Part shown: piece after piece, positions 57,115 through 64,000 of the stretch
Position numbering within the stretch: the stretch's first letter is position 1
Layout of the letters: each line of letters starts with the position of its first letter
NCBI GenBank assembly: GCA_022790575.1
Contig: JAAVXM010000050.1
Span: forward strand, 5,515 to 69,514
DNA length: 64,000 nt
Source of the DNA: Clostridia bacterium
GTDB taxonomy: Bacteria; Bacillota; Clostridia; TANB77; CAG-508
Direction of reading: 5' to 3'
Program-made: the position numbers and the translations under genes
The notes under the pieces: model-generated
The model's input: only the letters and a program-made list of their open reading frames with translations
The model's database searches: none
What the model was told of the DNA's origin: nothing

Positions 57115-57181
57115 TTAGTATTCCTCCTAACTGTTTTTTTATTCATTCCTATACTATAAATGTTATTCTACCATATATTTC

Positions 57182-57865
57182 TTAAAAAATCAATGCTAGA
57201 GTGTTAAAAATTGTAACTTTTATCATAATATCCACAAATAACCTACAGTTTGTTCCTTTTATGGTTCCTTCATTTAACTTTTTGAATCCTTGTACTACTT
57301 TTTTTATTTCTTTACTACTTGCATACTCTTGTTCTTCCATATATTCTTTGGCTAAATATTCAGCTTTTATCATTGCATCATTTTCTAAGAAAATCCTTAT
57401 TGTATAATAGACAAATCCCAATATTAATAATATATTTGAAAATATAATTTCATTTGGTAGCTTTTTTATTATTATTAATATTGTTGTAATTAAAAAGTAC
57501 AATAAATATATATTTGAATATATAAAATTGAATATTAACATTTTTTTATCTTGTATTGAATGTAAACATTCATGTGCCATAGTTTGTATTCTTGTATAAC
57601 TTCCTCTTGTATTTCCTATTGATATCTTGTTTGGCATTGCAAGATATAATGTTGCATTTGACTTTTCGTCTTCTTCTATTTGTGTATTTTCATTGTTCAA
57701 TTTTTTTAGTATTTCTTTACATATTGTTTTGTTATCTGGATATTTTTCTGCTATTTTATTAAGTTCTTCATTTGTTGCAATTTTTTCTAGTTCTTTTATA
57801 TTGCATCTCATCATAAATTCAACTACAATTATTGCTATTATAGCTATTATTATAATTAGTTCCAT
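57182..57865 (-). CDS. Putative membrane zinc metallopeptidase (HExxH; YugP-like size and topology)
   Basis: 227 aa with an N-terminal TM, MAHECLHSIQD (HExxH) and two C-terminal TM helices. Confidence 0.45.
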   Translation of the reverse strand: MELIIIIAIIAIIVVEFMMRCNIKELEKIATNEELNKIAEKYPDNKTICKEILKKLNNENTQIEEDEKSNATLYLAMPNKISIGNTRGSYTRIQTMAHECLHSIQDKKMLIFNFIYSNIYLLYFLITTILIIIKKLPNEIIFSNILLILGFVYYTIRIFLENDAMIKAEYLAKEYMEEQEYASSKEIKKVVQGFKKLNEGTIKGTNCRLFVDIMIKVTIFNTLALIF

Positions 57866-57922
57866 TATTGTTTTTCCTTTCTCTTAAACTTCACTAACTA
57901 TATATATTCAATTCTCTTGATT

Positions 57923-58258
57923 TTATTTTATCAAATTTTGTACTACTTCTCCAATTATTTTGTTAATGTCTGCAATCATTATATTAAATTTCATCTCTGC
58001 ATCAAAATATTTGCTTGCTTCTTGGTTTTGAATTAATTCTCCATATAGTTCTTGTACATTTTTCATTTTTTCCTCATTGTCTCTTCCTGTTTGTAATGCA
58101 ATTATTTGTGCCTCATATCTCGCCTTTTCAAATTCATCTATTTTTTTCTTTAATTCATAATTTAGATTAATTGCTTCTTTTGCTGTTTTATATGTTATAT
58201 ATTCTTCTGATTCTTTTATTTCTTGTGCTAATTTATTTGCTGTATCATATACCTTCAT
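57923..58258 (-). CDS. YlbF/YmcA-family regulatory protein
   Basis: 111-aa helical protein. The opening MKVYDTANKLAQEIKESEEYITYKTAKEAI and the later QNQEASKYFDAEMKFNIMIADINKII match the YlbF-like pattern. Confidence 0.6.
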   Translation of the reverse strand: MKVYDTANKLAQEIKESEEYITYKTAKEAINLNYELKKKIDEFEKARYEAQIIALQTGRDNEEKMKNVQELYGELIQNQEASKYFDAEMKFNIMIADINKIIGEVVQNLIK

Positions 58259-58279
58259 TCTATATGCCTCCTTTTTTAA

Positions 58280-58322
58280 TAATTAAAAACCAGAATTTCA
58301 GTTATGCACTTAATTCCGGTTT
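58280..58322 (-). terminator. Intrinsic terminator after the GT4 gene
   Basis: On the minus-strand RNA, AAACCGGAAUU pairs with AAUUCUGGUUU (one G-U pair). It is followed by UUAAUUAUU. Confidence 0.5.
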
Positions 58323-58358
58323 AACATTTCTATATTATTATCTCTATTTTTACTACTT

Positions 58359-59651
58359 CTATGCATATGCTTGACGCTTTTTGAAAGATAGTAAATTTGT
58401 AATTTCTTTTTCTGTCCCTTTTGCTCTTTTTGTTTTTTGAGCTTTTTCTTGTTCTTGTTGCTTTCTTTGTCTTTCTGCCATTGTTTCACATATTGCTTTT
58501 TGATATGTAAAATGTGTATCTTGTGCTATTTTTATCCAATTATAATTGTTTTTAACTTTTGATTTTGCCTTTTTCACTATATTTGCATATAATTCTGGAT
58601 TGTATAATAATTCTAATATTGAGTCTGCTATTGAGTTTGCATTTCCACAATAACTTTTCATTCCTGTTTCTCTATGCTCTACAATTTCTCCTAGTCCTCC
58701 TGAGTCTGAAACTACTATTGGTCTTTCTGCTAACATTCCTTCTAATGCTACTATTCCAAATGGCTCATATAAACTTGGGAATACTGATATGTCTGCTGCT
58801 TTATACATTTTTTCTACATCTTTTTGATTTAAATATCCTGCAAAATATACTTTATTTGATATCCCTAATGCCTCTACTTCTGCTTTTAACTCGTCTAACA
58901 TTCCACCTTTTCCTGCTATTACAAGCTTAGCATCATGATATCCTTGTAATATCTTTGGCATAGCTGCTATTAAGTGTTGTATTCCTTTTTCATATACAAG
59001 CCTTCCCATAAATAATATTATTTTCTCATTGTCCATAGCAAATCTTCTTCTAAATGAATAGTCTCTATCTATTCCAGAAAATTTATTTAAATTAACTCCA
59101 TTTGCTACTACATTTATTTTTTCAAATGGTAAACCAAATAATCTTTGTATCTCACCTTTCATGTAATTGCTGTTTACAATTACTTCTGTTGCCTCATATG
59201 TAAGCATCCATTCTGTATCATTTATATATCTTTGTGTTTCATCATGAATTCCACTGTTTCTTCCAGCTTCTGTTGCATGTATTGTTGCTACTATTGGGAT
59301 ATTATATGAATTTTTAATTGATTTTGCAGCACTTGCTACTAACCAATCATGTGCATGTATTACATCAAATTTTCCTTCTTCTGCGATAATTTGATTTACT
59401 TTTGTTATCATATTAAAGTTCATCTGCATTATCCAGTCTATAAAGTTATTTGAATTTATCATGTAATTGTCTACTCTATGTACTTTTACACCCTTGTCAT
59501 CTTCAAAGTATGGTGCCTCCCCCTCTCTGTATGTTACTACTGTTACCTCATGACCATCTTTCATTAATCTGTGTGACAAGTCATATACGACTTTTGATAT
59601 TCCTCCAACAATTCTTGGTGGATACTCCCATGTTAGCATCAATATTTTCAT
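58359..59651 (-). CDS. Family 4 (GT-B) glycosyltransferase with basic C-terminal tail
   Basis: MKILMLTWEYPPRIVGGISKVVYDLSHRL; the E..(7)E-type region PSLYEPFGIVALEGM. The C-terminus is Lys/Arg/Gln-rich. Confidence 0.8.
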   Translation of the reverse strand: MKILMLTWEYPPRIVGGISKVVYDLSHRLMKDGHEVTVVTYREGEAPYFEDDKGVKVHRVDNYMINSNNFIDWIMQMNFNMITKVNQIIAEEGKFDVIHAHDWLVASAAKSIKNSYNIPIVATIHATEAGRNSGIHDETQRYINDTEWMLTYEATEVIVNSNYMKGEIQRLFGLPFEKINVVANGVNLNKFSGIDRDYSFRRRFAMDNEKIILFMGRLVYEKGIQHLIAAMPKILQGYHDAKLVIAGKGGMLDELKAEVEALGISNKVYFAGYLNQKDVEKMYKAADISVFPSLYEPFGIVALEGMLAERPIVVSDSGGLGEIVEHRETGMKSYCGNANSIADSILELLYNPELYANIVKKAKSKVKNNYNWIKIAQDTHFTYQKAICETMAERQRKQQEQEKAQKTKRAKGTEKEITNLLSFKKRQAYA

Positions 59652-59761
59652 TGATTTACCCCTTTCTTAAGTTCAATTTTCTTTCGTTTATTACTGCTTT
59701 TTATATTCTATACAAAATATTACAAAATGTAAACATTTTTCCTAAATTTTTTCAAAATATT

Positions 59762-60679
59762 TTATATATTCTTTTCTACTAATGGTAATATTTGTTTTTT
59801 TCTTGATACTACACCTGGCATAACTGCAATATTATCTTTAATTTCATATTCTTTAGAGATTGCATCAGTTCTATCTCCTAGAATGATTGCTTCTGAATTG
59901 CTATTTACTATATCTGTAATAACAAATACAAATAAGCTTAACCCTTTTGCTAATATTTCTTTATTTATTTCTCTTTCTAATTTTTCTTTTCTTTTCATTA
60001 CATCTGGTATACTCACAGTATTAACTTGTGCAATCACATATTTTATATCTTCTTTTTCTACTGTTTTTGCATCTAAATGTATTAATTCTTCTTCTATATA
60101 TTTGTCTAAATTTGTACCTGCTTTTAACATTTCTAATCCATATTGATTTATATCAACATTTGCAATTTTAGCTAATTCTTCAAGTGCATTTTTGTCTTTT
60201 AATGTTGTTGTAGGTGATTTTAAAAGTAGTGTGTCTGAAATTATACTACTAAGCATTAGTCCTGCAATTGTAGGTTCAATCTCAACATTGTTTAATTTAT
60301 ATAATTCAAATAGTAATGTTGATGTACATCCTACTGGTTGTGCATAATAAAATAATGGTTCTGATGTTCTAAAATCATTTATTCTATGATGGTCAACTAC
60401 TGTATCTATTTTTGCATTTTCTATTCCTTCTACAGATTGAGAAAATTCACTATGGTCAACTAATACTACAATTTGACCTTCTTCAACTTTTTCTAATAAT
60501 CTTGGTTCTTCAACATTAAAGTATTTTAATGCATATTTTGTTTCTTCATTTATTTCGCCTAATCTACATGGTGTTACTTCCATTCCCCTTAATTTTGTTT
60601 GTAAATTTGCCATTACTATACTTGAACAGATTGAATCTGTGTCTGGGCATTTATGTCCAAATACTAAAATTTCTTTCAT
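59762..60679 (-). CDS. ppaC: Manganese-dependent inorganic pyrophosphatase (family II, DHH)
   Basis: ILVFGHKCPDTDSICSS, VLVDHSE, VVDHHR and a DHHA2 C-terminal domain. Confidence 0.9.
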   Translation of the reverse strand: MKEILVFGHKCPDTDSICSSIVMANLQTKLRGMEVTPCRLGEINEETKYALKYFNVEEPRLLEKVEEGQIVVLVDHSEFSQSVEGIENAKIDTVVDHHRINDFRTSEPLFYYAQPVGCTSTLLFELYKLNNVEIEPTIAGLMLSSIISDTLLLKSPTTTLKDKNALEELAKIANVDINQYGLEMLKAGTNLDKYIEEELIHLDAKTVEKEDIKYVIAQVNTVSIPDVMKRKEKLEREINKEILAKGLSLFVFVITDIVNSNSEAIILGDRTDAISKEYEIKDNIAVMPGVVSRKKQILPLVEKNI

Positions 60680-61611
60680 TATTTATCTTCTCCTATTCTT
60701 TTTAATATTTCAATTAATTCTTCTTTATTAAATTTATATCTTTTGTTACAAAATTGACATTGTATCTCTGCTTTCTCGTCTTCTTCAATCAATTCTGAAA
60801 GTTGTTTTTTCCCAAGTGTTACTAGACTATCTGCAAATTTTTCTTTACTGCAACCACATTCATATATTGGCTGAATTGAAGCATCAATTACTTTTACATT
60901 TTTATCTCCTGTTATTTTTTGGGCAATTTCTTTTAAACTCAAGTTATTGTCTAACATTTTTGACATTGCTCCTGCCTCAAATATTGCTCTTTCTATTTTA
61001 GATATTTCCTCATCTGTTGCATCTGGCATAGGTGTTATTATATACCCTCCACTAGCTTTTACTCCATTTTTGTCTACTAAAACACCTAGTGCTACAGCTG
61101 TCTGCTTTTGTTCAGATGTTTGAAAATAATTTGCAAAATCATCTGCTATTTCTCCAGATGTTAATGGACTTATTCCTATATATGGCTCTTTTAATCCAAT
61201 ATCTTTTATTACATTTATAAATCCTTGTTGTCCCACTGCTGTTCCAACATCTAGTTTTCCAAATTCATTTAATGGAATATCTACTGTTGGATTTGTTATA
61301 CATGCTTTTACATGTGGAAAATTGTCTGATACAGACACCATTTTTCCTATTGGTCCATTTCCTTTTAATTGTATTGTTAGCTTATCTGTTTTATTTTTCA
61401 TCTCACAACCAATTAGTGCTGTAATTGTTAGTAGTCTCCCAAGTGCTGCTGTTGTTACTGGACTTAAATCATGTATCCTTCTTGCTTCTTCAACTAAATT
61501 TGTTGTTGAACTACAAACTACAGAAATTTTACCATCATATGCTAAAAACTTTATAATCTCATCTTTGGTCTTGTCCATTTTTCTTATATTATTTTCTGTT
61601 TCTTTTAACAT
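60679..61611 (-). CDS. hslO: Redox-regulated chaperone Hsp33
   Basis: C-terminal zinc centre CGCSKEKF...CQFCNKRYKF. GGAGG RBS before ATG 61611. The stop overlaps the ppaC start. Confidence 0.9.
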   Translation of the reverse strand: MLKETENNIRKMDKTKDEIIKFLAYDGKISVVCSSTTNLVEEARRIHDLSPVTTAALGRLLTITALIGCEMKNKTDKLTIQLKGNGPIGKMVSVSDNFPHVKACITNPTVDIPLNEFGKLDVGTAVGQQGFINVIKDIGLKEPYIGISPLTSGEIADDFANYFQTSEQKQTAVALGVLVDKNGVKASGGYIITPMPDATDEEISKIERAIFEAGAMSKMLDNNLSLKEIAQKITGDKNVKVIDASIQPIYECGCSKEKFADSLVTLGKKQLSELIEEDEKAEIQCQFCNKRYKFNKEELIEILKRIGEDK

Positions 61612-61628
61612 TTATATTCCTCCATTTA

Positions 61629-62729
61629 TTATTTATGCTCAATTAGTTTAGTTTTTTCATCTTTTTCTTTTATAAAGTTTCTATATCCTATAGCAACTGC
61701 TGCTATTATCATAAGAAGAAAAGATAATGCTTTCCATATTCCACTGTCAAATAATATTATTGCAAACATTCCAAGTGACGCACTTAAACCATATAAAATT
61801 AATACTGCTTGTTTTTGAGAAAATCCTTTTTCTACTAATCTGTGGTGCAAGTGTCCTTTGTCTGGTTTGAATATTGCTTTTAATGACTTTCCTTTTGCTA
61901 CCCTTCTTGTAATTGCAAACAATACATCAAATATAGGTAATCCTAATACTATTACTGGTAATACTATTACTGCTGCTGTATATGTTTTTGCAACTCCCAG
62001 TATTGATACTACTGCTAACATAAAGCCAAGAAAATTTGAACCTGTATCTCCTATAAAAGTTCTTGCTGGTGCAAAATTATATGGTAAAAACCCAACTAAA
62101 GCTCCACTCATCGCTGTTACTATTACTGTTGCTATCATCGGTGAACCATTCATTATAAATATTATTAATAATGATACACATGAAATTAACGATATTCCAG
62201 ATGATAGCCCATCTAATCCATCTATTAGATTTATAGCATTTGTTACTCCTATTATCCACAAAACTGTAATAATTGTGGAAAATACCTCACTTAATCCAAC
62301 TCTATATAAAAATGGTATATCTAAATGCTCTATCTGTGTTCCAAATGCTACTACAATTATTGCTGCAATTGTTTGTCCTATTAACTCTTGCCATGGTTTT
62401 AATGTTTTTATATCATCAATAATCCCAACAATTGCAATAACTAATATTCCTAATAATATTCCTAATAGTTTTTTTCCATATTCCTGTTCAGTGAATAATT
62501 CTAAACTTCCTTCTATACTCATAATTACTGTTAAATATAACATTGAAATAATAAATCCTAATATTACTGCTGGTCCTCCAAATTTGGGCATTCTCTTTGT
62601 ATGCATTCTTCTTTTGTCTCTTGGTATATCTACTGCACCAATTTTATTAGCTATTTTTATAGTATATGGTGTTGCCATAAATGCTACTATAAATGCTAAT
62701 ATAAATGCTATCGCTATATTTCCCCACAT
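61629..62729 (-). CDS. Polyprenyl-phosphate HexNAc-1-phosphate transferase (MraY/WecA/TagO family)
   Basis: 366 aa, about 10-11 TM. Motifs DIPRDKRRMHTKRMPKFGG, IGIIDDI, NAINLIDGLDGL and FIGDTGSNFLG. Confidence 0.85.
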   Translation of the reverse strand: MWGNIAIAFILAFIVAFMATPYTIKIANKIGAVDIPRDKRRMHTKRMPKFGGPAVILGFIISMLYLTVIMSIEGSLELFTEQEYGKKLLGILLGILVIAIVGIIDDIKTLKPWQELIGQTIAAIIVVAFGTQIEHLDIPFLYRVGLSEVFSTIITVLWIIGVTNAINLIDGLDGLSSGISLISCVSLLIIFIMNGSPMIATVIVTAMSGALVGFLPYNFAPARTFIGDTGSNFLGFMLAVVSILGVAKTYTAAVIVLPVIVLGLPIFDVLFAITRRVAKGKSLKAIFKPDKGHLHHRLVEKGFSQKQAVLILYGLSASLGMFAIILFDSGIWKALSFLLMIIAAVAIGYRNFIKEKDEKTKLIEHK

Positions 62730-62744
62730 TTGCTTTAGCCTCCA

Positions 62745-63191
62745 TTATTTCATATTTTCTTTTTCTATTTCTTCTATTATTTTAACTCTCTCTTCATGTC
62801 TTCCACCTTCAAATTCTGTCGCTATCCACGCTCTAGTAATACAAATTGCTTCTGCTGCTGTTATATAATCTGCTCCTAGTGCTAATAAATTACTGTTGTT
62901 ATGCATTCTTGAAAATTTAGCTTCTTGCTCATTATCGCATTTTGCACATTTTATCCCTTTGAATTTGTTTGCTGCTATACTCATTCCTATACCTGACCTA
63001 CATATTAATATCCCTTTTTCACATTCTTTGCTTTGCATTTTTTTTGCCACTGCTTTTGCTATTTCTGGATAGTCTACTCTGTTTTCTGTTTCACAACCAC
63101 AATCTATATATTCTATTTCTTTTTCTTCTAAATATTTTTTTATTTCTTCTTTTAATTTATACCCTCCATGGTCACTCCCTATTGCTATCAT
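62745..63191 (-). CDS. rpiB: Ribose-5-phosphate isomerase B
   Basis: MIAIGSDHGGYKLKEEIKKYLEE..ILICRSGIGMSIAANK..RMHNNSNLLALG. Confidence 0.9.
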   Translation of the reverse strand: MIAIGSDHGGYKLKEEIKKYLEEKEIEYIDCGCETENRVDYPEIAKAVAKKMQSKECEKGILICRSGIGMSIAANKFKGIKCAKCDNEQEAKFSRMHNNSNLLALGADYITAAEAICITRAWIATEFEGGRHEERVKIIEEIEKENMK

Positions 63192-63238
63192 ATTATCACT
63201 TACCTTTCATTTTTATTATTTCTAATTTCTTCGTATTT

Positions 63239-63267
63239 AATATAACATATTATTACATTTAGTGCAA
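63239..63267 (-). promoter_or_regulatory. SigA-type promoter of rpiB
   Basis: Minus strand: TTGCAC (63262-63267), 17 nt, TATATT (63239-63244). Confidence 0.5.
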
Positions 63268-63422
63268 TATTTTTTCTAGTATAAAGAAAAAAAGCCATGG
63301 TTATTCCATAACTCTCTTTTTTTAACATAGCAATACATATCAATAAAAAGCTTAATATTAACTTAGCATAAGAGCTTGAATATAAGCTTTGAATGTAAAC
63401 GGAAAAGCCAGTAGTAACACTT

Positions 63423-63471
63423 CATGCCTTATGGGAATAGTTCACTAAGTGAAAAGGACCCATAAGGCATG
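63423..63471. other. Nested hairpin in a GC-richer intergenic segment (possible structured RNA or recombination/operator site)
   Basis: Perfect 13-bp inverted repeat CATGCCTTATGGG (63423-63435) / CCCATAAGGCATG (63459-63471). It encloses an inner hairpin TTCAC-TAA-GTGAA (63441-63453). Confidence 0.4.
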
Positions 63472-63624
63472 TTAGAATTACTATAGGTTTTAAAGGATTA
63501 CCGAAAAGTGAAAAGAATACTCACTCTTTTTTATAAATATCTTGACAAAGTTTTATACTCATTGCAATTTCTAAATCTAAAGCTATTTTTCACTTTTTAA
63601 TTTTCGCGACAGTGTCGAGAAAAT

Positions 63625-63795
63625 TTAAGACTTTCTATTCTTCATTATCTTGTTGTTTTCTATTTCATCAATATCTTTAATATGCAATTCAATTTCTTCT
63701 GCTTTTGGTAATTGTGATTGCAAATATTCTGGTATATCTTGTAACAGTTTATATTCGCTACCCCCAACAGGTTTGTTTATATCTTTTAAAGCATA
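63625..63795 (-). pseudogene. Start-less ORF fragment of unknown family
   Basis: The minus-strand frame reads EYALKDINKPVGGSEYKLLQDIPEYLQSQLPKAEEIELHIKDIDEIENNKIMKNRKS-stop. There is no start codon and a stop lies immediately upstream. Confidence 0.35.
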
Positions 63796-63798
63796 TTC

Positions 63799-64000
63799 TT
63801 ATGTATAAATTATTTCATTATATGCAATTTCTTCAGCATGATTTTTTATATTATTTATACTCTGTACCCATAACATTTGATTATTTGCTTTTAGTTCTTC
63901 TGTAACATTTTCTTTTTTAGATATTTGTTTTACTAATTGCTCAACTCTTGCCTTACATTTTTGTGCAACAATTTTCCCGCAATTTGCTTAGTTTTTTTAT
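63799..64000 (-). pseudogene. TnpV-like transposon protein, C-terminal remnant (frame broken upstream)
   Basis: Minus-strand translation ...GKIVAQKCKARVEQLVKQISKKENVTEELKANNQMLWVQSINNIKNHAEEIAYNEIIYT-stop. By recall, it resembles the conserved C-terminus of TnpV proteins of clostridial Tn4451-type elements. In-frame stops occur at the window edge, so the N-terminal half is out of frame or missing. Confidence 0.5.

Noticed and set aside
61858-62868. 336-aa plus-strand ORF. Similar long plus-strand ORFs include 32581..33255, 32801..33331, 21710..22249, 53662..54300, 41963..42547 and 7904..8311.
   Set aside because: They lie antisense to genes with clear family signatures. Their translations are low-complexity Leu/Ile/Phe/Ser-rich strings, as expected from the reverse complement of AT-rich coding DNA. 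No RBS or family motifs.
63598-63623. GC-rich imperfect hairpin TTTTCGCGAC-AGT-GTCGAGAAAA as a terminator.
   Set aside because: There is one mismatch in a short stem and no adequate U-tract on either strand. It is noted only as part of the unusual composition of this spacer.
1-64000. CRISPR arrays, rRNA genes, intact insertion sequences or prophage modules.
   Set aside because: No regularly spaced direct repeats with unique spacers, no rRNA-like GC-rich segments, and no transposase, integrase or capsid-like ORFs were seen. The only tandem repeats are the in-frame muramidase repeats and short operator-like motifs.

Overview
Very AT-rich, low-GC Gram-positive (Bacillota, Clostridia-like) chromosomal segment. 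PolC-type replicase, YlbF, family II pyrophosphatase, a signal-peptide GH25 muramidase and standard-code ORFs support this. Nearly every real gene between 2.4 kb and 63.2 kb is on the minus strand; the many Leu/Phe/Ile-rich plus-strand ORFs are antisense artefacts of AT bias.

Content, left to right:
- A partial WG-repeat protein and asnS.
- A 2692-aa cyclic beta-1,2-glucan synthase-like giant (GT84-like plus GH94).
- A secreted GH25 muramidase carrying six novel ~75-aa tandem repeats.
- A ~19 kb co-directional cell-wall/surface polysaccharide locus (12.9-31.9 kb). It combines an ABC-transporter pathway (Wzm, Wzt with a C-terminal extension, multidomain GTs, and an 888-aa WbdD-like kinase-like/coiled-coil candidate chain terminator) with a Wzx flippase, two GT-C-like membrane proteins, a GtrB-like/DUF2304/DUF2142 module and an O-acyltransferase.
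- An accessory, partly decayed patch next to a tRNA-His/tRNA-Gln pair: a pseudopilin-anchored FGE/C-type-lectin-fold protein, an AAA ATPase, an ABC exporter lacking Walker A, an AraC regulator and an orphan MNT nucleotidyltransferase.
- A TetR-acyl-CoA ligase operon, with a dense DnaA-box cluster upstream of its promoter and a phased TATTACA heptamer array downstream of the ligase gene.
- An unusually long PolC with two tandem OB folds.
- A frameshifted, start-less paralog of the pilin-like protein.
- Housekeeping genes: guaD, adhE, rnr, secG, ylbF-like, GT4, ppaC, hslO, a tagO/wecA-like transferase and rpiB.
- At the right edge, a structured GC-richer intergenic segment and TnpV-like mobile-element debris.

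No CRISPR array, rRNA, reverse transcriptase or intact transposase was seen. All assignments come from reading translated motifs by eye; no searches were run.
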